Positions 22,291 through 31,543 of a stretch of DNA of 64,000 nt are shown piece after piece (position 1 is the stretch's first letter; every line of letters starts with the position of its first letter). The position numbers and the translations under genes were made by a program. This DNA comes from Bacteroidota bacterium (GTDB lineage Bacteria; Bacteroidota; Ignavibacteria; UBA10030; SZUA-254). The stretch lies in NCBI GenBank assembly GCA_033854175.1, contig JAWOKN010000096.1, forward strand, positions 467 to 64,466. Reading direction: 5' to 3'. The notes below the pieces were generated by a model. That model saw only the letters and a program-made list of their open reading frames with translations, did no database searches and was not told the origin of the DNA.

Positions 22291-24069
22291 ATGAATCGTA
22301 CAACAGTAATTGGATTTGTCCTCATTGGCCTTCTACTAATGGTATGGATGTGGATGAATGCGCCACCCCCGCAAAAACCCGGCAATATCACCGATACGAC
22401 AAAAATCCAGAACATCAAGGTTGATACCGCACAAAAGCAAATCCCTCCAGTATCATCACCTGCCAAGGACTCCCTCGGTAAATTTTTTAGTCACCAAATA
22501 ACGTCTGAACAGAAACATATCATCGTTGAGTCACCATTGTACAAGGCTGCATTCACCTCTCACGGAGGTTCGATTGTTTCCTGGATACTCAAAGGGTACA
22601 AAACATGGGATCAGTACCCCGTCAATCTGATCGGTGAGAACGCGACCGGTGAGCTCAATTTACTTTTTCTGACGACAGATGGTAAACTTATTAACACGAA
22701 AGGATTGAATTTTGAGACAACTCTTGCGGGAGGGAGTAGCCTTGAGCTTAAAGGGGGAGACTCCGTACAGCTCAAATTTTCGCTAAATATTGATGAAAAG
22801 AGAAGTATTATCAAAGTATATACATTTTATGGCGACCGGTATTCTTTTGATCTGTCGTATCAGTTTGTCGGTTTGGATCAGATTATTTCGAATTACGAGT
22901 ATCAGATTACATGGGAAAACGGACTGCGGTATCAGGAACTGAACACGATTAATGAGTCGAACTTTGCGAAAGCCTCGGCGCTGGCAGGTGGAGAACTGAC
23001 GGAAATTGACGCAACAAATTTCAATGAGAAGTATCAACAAAGCCTCTCGGGGCGTATCTCATGGGTTGCAGCGCGTAACAAGTATTTTGCCGTTGCGATA
23101 CTCCCACGCGAGAAGGAAAGCCAGGGTGCATTGCTCGAAGGTTACCGGGTGCATCTTCCCGACAATGGCGCCAAAGAAAATTATAGTTTAGCTCTCAAAA
23201 TGCCGTTTACTGGCCGCCCGTATGAAACGGATCGTTTTACGGTGTTTCTCGGTCCACTGGATTTCGACATCGTAAAGCAGTATAACGTCGAGCTTGAGCG
23301 CATCATGAGCCTTGGAGCGGCATGGATTATTCGTCCGATTTCGGAATACGTCATCATCCCGGTTTTTAAATTCCTGCGGCTTTTTATCCCGAATTACGGG
23401 GTTGTTCTGATAATATTTGCCATCCTGATAAAGATAGTTTTATACCCGTTGACCAAGAGCAGCATGACCTCGATGAGAAAAATGCAGAAGCTCCAGCCGA
23501 TGATGGATGAGATCAGGACTAAATACAAGGACGATCCGCAGAAAATGAATCAGCAGGTGATGCGGTTATATAAAGAATATGGTGTCAATCCTGCTGGGGG
23601 ATGTCTTCCGATGCTCTTGCAGCTGCCGATTCTTTACGCTCTGTGGGCTGTTTTCAGCGCGACCATTGAGCTTCGACAGGCTTCATTTATATGGTGGATG
23701 AAAGATCTCTCATCTCCAGACGTGATTGCCACGCTTCCATTTAAGCTTCCGCTTTTTGGGATCGATCAGATCAGCGGGCTGGCGTTGTTAATGGGTATTA
23801 CAATGTTCATTCAGCAGAAGATGTCGGTTAAAGATCCACGCCAGAAAATGATGGTCTGGCTCATGCCGCTCATGTTCACACTCCTGTTCAACAGTTTCCC
23901 GTCGGGATTGAACCTTTACTACTTCATGTTCAACATCCTGTCTATTGGCCAACAAGCTTGGATTAATAAAAAGCACGAGGACGAGCCGTTGAAAAAAGTT
24001 GAGGAAAAGAAGAAACGAGGTGGAGTATTTGCGAAGTTTTCGCAAAACATGCCAAAACTTGGGAAATGA
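22291..24069 (+). CDS. yidC: Membrane protein insertase YidC.
   Basis: 592 aa with N-terminal TM, large periplasmic domain and C-terminal 5-TM 60-kDa insertase core (PLxxLQxPI, basic C-terminus). Confidence 0.95.
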   Translation: MNRTTVIGFVLIGLLLMVWMWMNAPPPQKPGNITDTTKIQNIKVDTAQKQIPPVSSPAKDSLGKFFSHQITSEQKHIIVESPLYKAAFTSHGGSIVSWILKGYKTWDQYPVNLIGENATGELNLLFLTTDGKLINTKGLNFETTLAGGSSLELKGGDSVQLKFSLNIDEKRSIIKVYTFYGDRYSFDLSYQFVGLDQIISNYEYQITWENGLRYQELNTINESNFAKASALAGGELTEIDATNFNEKYQQSLSGRISWVAARNKYFAVAILPREKESQGALLEGYRVHLPDNGAKENYSLALKMPFTGRPYETDRFTVFLGPLDFDIVKQYNVELERIMSLGAAWIIRPISEYVIIPVFKFLRLFIPNYGVVLIIFAILIKIVLYPLTKSSMTSMRKMQKLQPMMDEIRTKYKDDPQKMNQQVMRLYKEYGVNPAGGCLPMLLQLPILYALWAVFSATIELRQASFIWWMKDLSSPDVIATLPFKLPLFGIDQISGLALLMGITMFIQQKMSVKDPRQKMMVWLMPLMFTLLFNSFPSGLNLYYFMFNILSIGQQAWINKKHEDEPLKKVEEKKKRGGVFAKFSQNMPKLGK

Positions 24070-24336
24070 GGTGATATCAAAATACTACCTTGAGAAATCA
24101 GCAGAGCTGTTTCATTAACGAGAGGATGCATATGTCCGATTTATAATCCGGCCTACCAGTACAAGAATTAGCCAACCACGAAGCATCCCCCTTTTTCCAA
24201 CTTCATAATAGCCTATCCGTAGCATAGCCCAACCCCTGCGTTGAAATGATTAATTCAGATGTCGGCAGAAGCCAAGCCACGCACCTGTTGTTTTTCACAT
24301 CGCTCTTTGTTAAATTTTTGTTATTCCTTTCCGTGT

Positions 24337-25734
24337 ATGATAAACTCCCAAGATGATGTTATAGCGGCAATTGCCACGCCGATCGGCGAAGGAGGGATAT
24401 CCGTTGTTCGAATTAGCGGAGAGGGAGCAGTGCAGGCGGTCGACAGGACGTTTAAAGGAATTCAACCATTGGCCTCGTGTGCGTCGCACACGGCGCATTT
24501 TGGAGCGATCCTCGACGGCGCAGGGGAAATTGTTGATCAGGTTGTCGCGATCGTCTACCGAGCTCCTCATTCTTACACTGGGGATGATACGGTGGAAATC
24601 TGCTGTCACGGAGGTATATTTCTTACCCGGAAAGTGCTGGAAGAAATCCTCCACGCTGGTGCAAGGATGGCCGAACCGGGTGAGTTTACGAAAAGGGCAT
24701 TTTTAAATGGAATGATGGACCTTTCTCAGGCAGAAGCTGTTGCTAATCTGATTCATGCAAAAACCGAGTTTTCGCACCACACATCGATGCATCAACTCCA
24801 GGGAAAGTTGTCCACGCTTATTAATGGCCTGAGGGAAAATCTTATCAACATCGCCAGTCTATTGGAGCTTGAGCTGGACTTTTCAGAAGAAGGGATTGAT
24901 ATTACAGATAAAAAAACGATATCCAAAAAAATTAGCGATATTATACATGACATTAATTCAATGATTGAAAGTTATCATATTGGAAAGATATCGCGTGATG
25001 GAATCAGTGTAGTAATTACAGGAAAACCGAATGTAGGTAAGTCTAGTATAATTAATAACTTACTCAATGAGAACAGAGTTATTGTGACTGACATACCGGG
25101 GACGACACGAGACATCATCCAAGAAAATTTAGACATAAATGGTTTCCTTTTTGCTTTGACAGACACTGCCGGATTAAGAAAGACCCAGGACATAATAGAA
25201 ACCGAAGGAATTGCAAGGAGTCTGAGTGAGATATCAAAAGCGGATCTTATACTTTTTATTATCGATCTTTCCCGGGATTTGGATGAGGAGGATATAGAAA
25301 TATTAAATCAGATAAAAAAGAGCAATAAGCTTGCCGAAGTCATAATAGTTGGGAATAAAAAAGACATCGAATGTATTGGTGAGATCAACGTTCGTCATAA
25401 ATTCGGCCACGGTATCATCTATTTGGCCTGTTCGGCGAAAACAGGAGAGGGAATGGGTGCTCTGAAAGTACAGATGGTAAACCAAGCATTGGGGAGGGAT
25501 CTGCAAACGGTTGAAAAGAGCGTGTCTATTACAGATTTACGTCATAAAATTTCGCTTGAAAAGGCTAAAGAAAATCTGCTCAAATCGATTGATGACCTAG
25601 AGACAGGTAAAAGCAGCGAATTTATTTCGATCAGTTTGAGGACGGCCATCGACTCGCTTGGAGAAATAATCGGAGTTGTGACAACAGATGATCTGCTGAA
25701 GATGATTTTTTCGAAATTTTGTATCGGGAAATAA
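24337..25734 (+). CDS. mnmE: tRNA modification GTPase MnmE.
   Basis: N-terminal THF-binding domain (IAAIATPIGEGGISVVRISG), G-domain (GKPNVGKSS, DTAG) and C-terminal CIGK motif. Start set at the internal Met MINSQDD. Confidence 0.93.
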   Translation: MINSQDDVIAAIATPIGEGGISVVRISGEGAVQAVDRTFKGIQPLASCASHTAHFGAILDGAGEIVDQVVAIVYRAPHSYTGDDTVEICCHGGIFLTRKVLEEILHAGARMAEPGEFTKRAFLNGMMDLSQAEAVANLIHAKTEFSHHTSMHQLQGKLSTLINGLRENLINIASLLELELDFSEEGIDITDKKTISKKISDIIHDINSMIESYHIGKISRDGISVVITGKPNVGKSSIINNLLNENRVIVTDIPGTTRDIIQENLDINGFLFALTDTAGLRKTQDIIETEGIARSLSEISKADLILFIIDLSRDLDEEDIEILNQIKKSNKLAEVIIVGNKKDIECIGEINVRHKFGHGIIYLACSAKTGEGMGALKVQMVNQALGRDLQTVEKSVSITDLRHKISLEKAKENLLKSIDDLETGKSSEFISISLRTAIDSLGEIIGVVTTDDLLKMIFSKFCIGK

Positions 25735-25754
25735 AATGTTTCACGTGAAACAAC

Positions 25755-27668
25755 ATGGCGGTGCCTAATCATTACGATATCATAGTTGTGGGTGGTGGGC
25801 ACGCCGGAATCGAAGCATCACTTATCAGTGCGAGAATGGGATTTCACACCTTGTTGATAACAATGTCGAAACCATCAATCGGGCGCATGTCATGTAATCC
25901 AGCCATTGGGGGAACCGCGAAAGGTCATTTAGTGCGTGAAATTGATGCTCTGGGAGGTGAAATGGCTAAAATTGCGGATGCGACAGGAATTCAATTCAGG
26001 ATGCTGAATAAATCAAAAGGACCCGCAGTTTGGTCCCCGAGATGTCAAAATGACAGAGAATGGTATGCCGTTGAAGCCAGGCGAAGAGTTGAAAACCAGC
26101 CCAATCTTGAGGTAATTGAAGATTTTGCATTGGGTCTCTCTGCAGATGAGGTCAACAACGGATACAGGTATAGACTAAATGGTATTATTACAGGTTCATC
26201 GGGGACTATTCATTGCAGGGCTCTTGTTCTTTGTGCGGGTACATTTCTAAGGGGAATTTTGCATACCGGGGAAACGAAGAAATACGGTGGTCGTTATGGC
26301 GAAAATGCTTCATTTGGAATAACAAAATGTCTTGAACAGCTCGGATTTCAGAGTGGAAGGTTAAAAACAGGAACACCGCCGAGGATTGATCTTTATTCGA
26401 TAGATTTCAGTAAAACTCTCGAGCAGGCGAGCGACAATCCACCCAGACCCTTCTCATTTCAGAATGATACTATTTCAAATCAATTAATACCGATGTACCT
26501 TACGAGTACAAATCAGGCTACTCACGACATTCTCGTAAAAGGATTTGATCGGTCCCCCATGTTTACAGGCAGAATCAAGGGGATCGGGCCTCGTTATTGC
26601 CCATCTATTGAAGATAAAATCGTTCGGTTCAGGGACAAGCAAAGTCATCAGATATTTCTTGAGCCGGAAGGGTATAATACGAACGTAGTTTATGTTAATG
26701 GTTTTTCAACCAGCCTTCCCGAAGAAATTCAGGCAGAGGCACTCCCGACCATACCAGGGCTTGAAAACGTCAAAATGCTTAGACCGGGATATGCAGTTGA
26801 GTACGACTTTTTCCCCCCGCATCAGCTGAGACCGTCGTTTGAAACAAAGACCGTGGAAGGGCTCTTTTTCGCGGGTCAGATTTGCGGTACTTCTGGATAC
26901 GAGGAGGCTGCAGCGCAGGGTTTAATGGCAGGGATTAATGCCGGTCTGAAGTTACGAAAAGAAGAACCGTTGGTGTTGAAGAGATCGGAGGCTTACATAG
27001 GTGTTTTGATGGATGATCTTGTCAATAAAAGCACAGAAGAACCGTACAGAATGTTCACCTCCAGAGCTGAATACCGACTCCTTCTGAGGCAGGACAATGC
27101 CGATAGAAGGTTGATGAAGTACGGTCACCGGCTTGGGTTAATTCCGGACGATATTAAGGTCAGGCTTGACAGGAAAGAGGAAATAATAAGAAGAGGTATC
27201 GCGACAATAGAAGATCTGAATGTTGGGCCAGAGGAGATTAATCCTTATCTCGAAATGAAGGGAAGCGCACCGATTTCAGAAAAAGATAAGTTGGGACAAC
27301 TTCTACGGCGGCCCGAGGTGGAACTTTCAGAACTGGCCAATCAGGACATTTTCAAGAGAGATGCCTTTGCAGCGACGTTGTTCTCAAGTGGCAACAACAA
27401 ATTTGTCGAAGAAGTTCTGGAGCAAATTAATATTGAAATAAAATATGGTGGCTACATTGCTCGCCAGGATGAACAGGTCGACAAGTTTGAAAGGTACGAG
27501 TCCCTCAAAATACCCGATAGATTCGACTACGAGAAAGTCCGCGCACTCTCTGTCGAAGGTCGGGAAAAGTTATCCAAGATACGTCCGGCATCTATTGGAC
27601 AGGCTTCGCGAATTAGCGGCATTACTCCGGCGGACATTTCGATCCTTATGGTTCACGTACGAGGATAG
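25755..27668 (+). CDS. mnmG: tRNA uridine 5-carboxymethylaminomethyl modification enzyme MnmG (GidA).
   Basis: FAD-binding GGGHAG motif and full-length GidA-family similarity (637 aa). Confidence 0.95.
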   Translation: MAVPNHYDIIVVGGGHAGIEASLISARMGFHTLLITMSKPSIGRMSCNPAIGGTAKGHLVREIDALGGEMAKIADATGIQFRMLNKSKGPAVWSPRCQNDREWYAVEARRRVENQPNLEVIEDFALGLSADEVNNGYRYRLNGIITGSSGTIHCRALVLCAGTFLRGILHTGETKKYGGRYGENASFGITKCLEQLGFQSGRLKTGTPPRIDLYSIDFSKTLEQASDNPPRPFSFQNDTISNQLIPMYLTSTNQATHDILVKGFDRSPMFTGRIKGIGPRYCPSIEDKIVRFRDKQSHQIFLEPEGYNTNVVYVNGFSTSLPEEIQAEALPTIPGLENVKMLRPGYAVEYDFFPPHQLRPSFETKTVEGLFFAGQICGTSGYEEAAAQGLMAGINAGLKLRKEEPLVLKRSEAYIGVLMDDLVNKSTEEPYRMFTSRAEYRLLLRQDNADRRLMKYGHRLGLIPDDIKVRLDRKEEIIRRGIATIEDLNVGPEEINPYLEMKGSAPISEKDKLGQLLRRPEVELSELANQDIFKRDAFAATLFSSGNNKFVEEVLEQINIEIKYGGYIARQDEQVDKFERYESLKIPDRFDYEKVRALSVEGREKLSKIRPASIGQASRISGITPADISILMVHVRG

Positions 27669-27736
27669 TGTTGTTTCACGTGAAAAATACGCAGTTAAAT
27701 TCAATAAAAACAATAGTTTATGAGGGCAACAAATTT

Positions 27737-28444
27737 GTGGATAACCAGCTAATATTCAGAAATATCTGCAGAAAGAACGGCTTACGTATTTCTGAACCGG
27801 CACTCGAGCTGATGACAAAATACGTCGATCATTTGATTGATTGGAATACAAAAGTAAATCTCATCTCGAGAAAAGACATTGCAAATATATGGACCAGGCA
27901 CATACTCGGATCGATCTCTTTTCTCTTCCGGAATACATTTTACAAGGGGGCATCGGTTGTGGATATCGGAACAGGTGGGGGGCTCCCCGGGATACCGATC
28001 GCCGTTATAAGGGACGATCTTCATATGCTTCTCGTCGATTCAATTCAGAAAAAGATGGTGGCGTTACACGCTATACTTGACGACCTCAAATTACCCCGGG
28101 TGAGTGCCGCCGCAGGAAGGGCGGAAGAGCTTGGTACCAGTACAAAATATTGCGGGAAATTCGATTATGTTGTGGCTCGTGCCGTTGCCCCGATAGCAGA
28201 CCTCATTAAGTGGGGTAAACCCTTCCTCAAAAAAAACGACTTAGTATCCCCCCGAATAGATGAAGAAGGGGAAATACCCCCGGGTTCAATTATTATGTTA
28301 AAAGGGGGGGATTTAAGCGCTGAAATCCAGTCGGCGAAGGTGACGTGCAAACCGCGTTTGCTTGATCGGCGATCGATCAACATCGAGGGTTTTTACGGGG
28401 ATCAGGATTTAATTGATAAGAAACTCGTGATTGTACAACCATAA
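27737..28444 (+). CDS. rsmG: 16S rRNA (guanine527-N7)-methyltransferase RsmG (GidB). The start is uncertain: the ORF track uses GTG at 27668, whereas alignment logic favours the in-frame GTG at 27737.
   Basis: SAM-MTase motif VVDIGTGGGLPGIPIA. By comparison with the length of E. coli RsmG, the first ~23 codons of the 258-aa ORF lie in an AT-rich, palindrome-containing segment that is more likely intergenic. Confidence 0.8.
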   Translation: MDNQLIFRNICRKNGLRISEPALELMTKYVDHLIDWNTKVNLISRKDIANIWTRHILGSISFLFRNTFYKGASVVDIGTGGGLPGIPIAVIRDDLHMLLVDSIQKKMVALHAILDDLKLPRVSAAAGRAEELGTSTKYCGKFDYVVARAVAPIADLIKWGKPFLKKNDLVSPRIDEEGEIPPGSIIMLKGGDLSAEIQSAKVTCKPRLLDRRSINIEGFYGDQDLIDKKLVIVQP

Positions 28445-28453
28445 AATATTGCC

Positions 28454-29407
28454 ATGAAAAAATCTCAGGAGCTTTTCAATCAGTTACGGATACTCGCCAC
28501 GGAGCAGATAAATTCCAGAACGCAAAATATCGATACCCTTGATACCATAGATATTATAGGACTTATCAACAAGGAAGATGCCCGGGTTGCGGGTGCGGTT
28601 CGGAAGGAACTTCCCGCAATTGCAGAAGCGATTGAATTAGTTGTCAAGGCATTTAAAAAAGGGGGGCGATTGATATACGTGGGGGCGGGAACCAGCGGGC
28701 GCCTGGGTATTCTTGATGCCTCGGAATGCCCGCCGACTTATGGGACTGACCCGGGCATGGTACAGGGTATCATCGCCGGTGGCAAGGAGGCTGTTTTCAG
28801 GTCGAGGGAGGGTGTTGAGGATAATGCCGGCAAAGGAGCTGATGAAATACGGCGCCTCGGGGTATCAGTGAAGGATGTCGTCTGTGGAATCGCGGCGAGC
28901 TTCCGGACACCGTTTGTTGCAGGAGCGGTTCAGGAAGCGAAACGGCTTGGCGCTAAAACCGTCTTTATAACGACGAATCCCCGGTCGATTCTCGAGCTCT
29001 CTGGTTTTTCGGAAATCCGCAATGCAATCAATGTGGCCATTTGTCCGAACGTGGGGCCTGAGGTTATCATGGGATCAACGAGAATGAAGGCCGGGACGGC
29101 CCAAAAAATGATCCTGAATATGATGACAACCGCAGCAATGATTAAAATGGGGAAAGTGTACGGAAATTTCATGGTAGATCTCCGGATGAACAGCAGAAAA
29201 CTGGAAGAGCGCGCAAAAAGGATTGTTATGCTCTCAACCGGCGCCGATTATTCTACGACATCAAAAACATTACGGAGGGCGGGGGGGCAGGCAAAAACCG
29301 CGATTGTAATGTTACAGTCGGGAGTTTCGGCTGCTGAAGCGAGGCGCCGGCTAAAAACTACCCATGGATTTGTCCGACAGGCATTGAACGAGGGAGAGTT
29401 AACATGA
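28454..29407 (+). CDS. murQ: N-acetylmuramic acid 6-phosphate etherase.
   Basis: SIS domain with GAGTSGRLG and the conserved DASECPPTYG active-site region. Confidence 0.92.
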   Translation: MKKSQELFNQLRILATEQINSRTQNIDTLDTIDIIGLINKEDARVAGAVRKELPAIAEAIELVVKAFKKGGRLIYVGAGTSGRLGILDASECPPTYGTDPGMVQGIIAGGKEAVFRSREGVEDNAGKGADEIRRLGVSVKDVVCGIAASFRTPFVAGAVQEAKRLGAKTVFITTNPRSILELSGFSEIRNAINVAICPNVGPEVIMGSTRMKAGTAQKMILNMMTTAAMIKMGKVYGNFMVDLRMNSRKLEERAKRIVMLSTGADYSTTSKTLRRAGGQAKTAIVMLQSGVSAAEARRRLKTTHGFVRQALNEGELT

Positions 29408-30108
29408 ACGGACGCAGGCTATTTCTTGATGAAGAGATCTACCCACCGTTCTCGGGTTTTCCGCCGGAGGGGATAAGATTCTTGAGCCAATTAAAGCGTA
29501 ATAACAACCGCGAATGGTTCAGACAAAATAAAACACGCTACGAAGAATTCGTCAAGATGCCGATGCGTTCTCTGATTTCGTCATTAAAGGGTCCGATGTC
29601 GGTGATCGCACCGGAGATCGAGATCCATCCATCAAAGAGCATGTTCCGTATTTATCGGGATACGCGCTTCAGCAAGAACAAAGCACCCTACAAAACACAT
29701 GTTTCTGCGATTTTTCATCCAAAAGGGGACTGGGAAGCAAGTGCCGGATTTTATGTGGAGATTGATCCTGAGGGTGTATATGCCGGGGGAGGAATTTACA
29801 TGCCTGACGGACAGCAATTGAAGAAAATCCGGAGAGCTATCGCGGAACAGTCGGAAAGGTTTCTGGCGATCGTCGATGACCCGACTTTTAAGAAAACCTT
29901 CGGTAGGCTGGAGGGTGCAAAGCTCCAGCGCGCGCCCCTGGGATTTACTCCAGATCATCCGATGATCGATTGGTTAAAGTACAAACAATTTTACGCTGGG
30001 GCAGAATGGAAGACCGATAGCTGCTATTCCTCGAAGTTTGTGACAAAACTTACAGCTCTCTATGAAAAATTACTTCCAATGATCCGGTTTTTTAATGAGG
30101 CGTTATAG
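29404..30108 (+). CDS. DUF2461 (TIGR02453) family protein.
   Basis: 234 aa with the characteristic FFxxLxxNNNREWF N-terminal motif. Start overlaps the murQ stop (ATGA). Confidence 0.8.
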   Translation: MNGRRLFLDEEIYPPFSGFPPEGIRFLSQLKRNNNREWFRQNKTRYEEFVKMPMRSLISSLKGPMSVIAPEIEIHPSKSMFRIYRDTRFSKNKAPYKTHVSAIFHPKGDWEASAGFYVEIDPEGVYAGGGIYMPDGQQLKKIRRAIAEQSERFLAIVDDPTFKKTFGRLEGAKLQRAPLGFTPDHPMIDWLKYKQFYAGAEWKTDSCYSSKFVTKLTALYEKLLPMIRFFNEAL

Positions 30109-30235
30109 CAAGGGAGCGAAATTTTTTCTTCTGATGGAGTTTGCCCTAACTCGCATAGAGGTAGATGAATGATATTTTCAGGTACGGAGGGATGCTAATT
30201 TTCAGTGGAATATCGGCCGCCCGCAAAACTCAGTT

Positions 30236-31411
30236 TCAGCAGACAGAGTTTCTGACATAGCTAAAAATTTCTTCAATAGCCTGACGGAAAATATCCCCCC
30301 GTTGCAATAAGCTTACAACAATAACGCTGCTCTGCAACATATCAAAAAAGTATCCGGGATAAACGTAAACGCCCTTTTTATCGAGCAGTTCTAGGGCCCA
30401 CATTTCATCACTTTTCGTCCTCGGCATCTGGATAATTGCATTCCACCCCCCGTAAGAATGAAAAAGGTCACACGGGATCCCCCCCAGGAAGGAATTCTGG
30501 AGAAACGTGTGGTTGCCTTTGATCCGTCTGAGAACAGAGGAAAATGTATCCTTCCCGTTCTGCAGCAATTCGGGCAGGGCAATCTGGACGGGAGTATTGA
30601 CAGATAAAAATGTATCATTTAATATCTCAAGACGAGCAATCGCCTCGTTGCTCGTTTCGGCTGGTCCTGAAACAGTTATCCATCCAAGCTTCATCTGTGG
30701 CAAGCCGATGTATTTCGATATACCGTTAAGTGTGAACGTGAGAACCTCTGATGTTGATGCAGTCGTTTGTGAATACGCGTTGGGGTCGAGTTTATAGTCG
30801 ATGAATACCTCGTCGACTATCAGGCTGCAATTGTGTTCTTGCGCAATTTGTGCAATACGGTCAAATTCTCCGACCTGTAAAAAAGAACCCGTCGGATTAT
30901 GCGGATTGAGAAGAATGATTACCCGTGTTGAGGGGGACATCGATGTACGAATAGATTCGATATCGATGTGCCATCTGCCGTCGTACAAGAGGGAATAATT
31001 TTGCATTCCAATGTCGTTAATCTGGGCGAGATACTCGAACAATGGATAGGATGGCGATGGCACAAGAATCGTTTCCCCCTGATTACAGAGGAGTTTCAGG
31101 AGAAGACCATACGATTCGCTCGTGCTTGACGTAAGAATAATATTGGCCGGATCGAGAAAAACAGCCTTCTCCGCATAATACTGGCATACTGCCAATCGCG
31201 CCGTGAGCAATCCCTTCGGATCTGGCTGATAATGAAGCAGCCCCCGGTTCTGCAGTGCATGCAGGATCCGATCAAGTGGATAATCCAATTCAAGCTCTGT
31301 TGGATTTGAAACAGTCAGATCGAGGATAGGGAGACCGCTATACCGGCGTTCCTCATAGAGTTGGGCAAGCCTGTTGGGATGCCGTTGCCATGATGTGCGG
31401 TGGGAAAACAT
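30236..31411 (-). CDS. Pyridoxal-phosphate-dependent aminotransferase, class I/II.
   Basis: 391 aa. LNPHNPTGS motif and lysine-containing SKYIGLPQMKLGW region typical of fold-type I aminotransferases. Confidence 0.85.
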   Translation of the reverse strand: MFSHRTSWQRHPNRLAQLYEERRYSGLPILDLTVSNPTELELDYPLDRILHALQNRGLLHYQPDPKGLLTARLAVCQYYAEKAVFLDPANIILTSSTSESYGLLLKLLCNQGETILVPSPSYPLFEYLAQINDIGMQNYSLLYDGRWHIDIESIRTSMSPSTRVIILLNPHNPTGSFLQVGEFDRIAQIAQEHNCSLIVDEVFIDYKLDPNAYSQTTASTSEVLTFTLNGISKYIGLPQMKLGWITVSGPAETSNEAIARLEILNDTFLSVNTPVQIALPELLQNGKDTFSSVLRRIKGNHTFLQNSFLGGIPCDLFHSYGGWNAIIQMPRTKSDEMWALELLDKKGVYVYPGYFFDMLQSSVIVVSLLQRGDIFRQAIEEIFSYVRNSVC

Positions 31412-31543
31412 AGAATGAGATTTTTAAATATAATATCGTGAGGAAACGACAAATGCAACTTGAATTCCCGAAATGACTCCCTGAATGTGTCATTACGCTT
31501 TTGGTCAACTTTCCGGTGCAGAACGTCAGTGTCGAGGGTGTAC

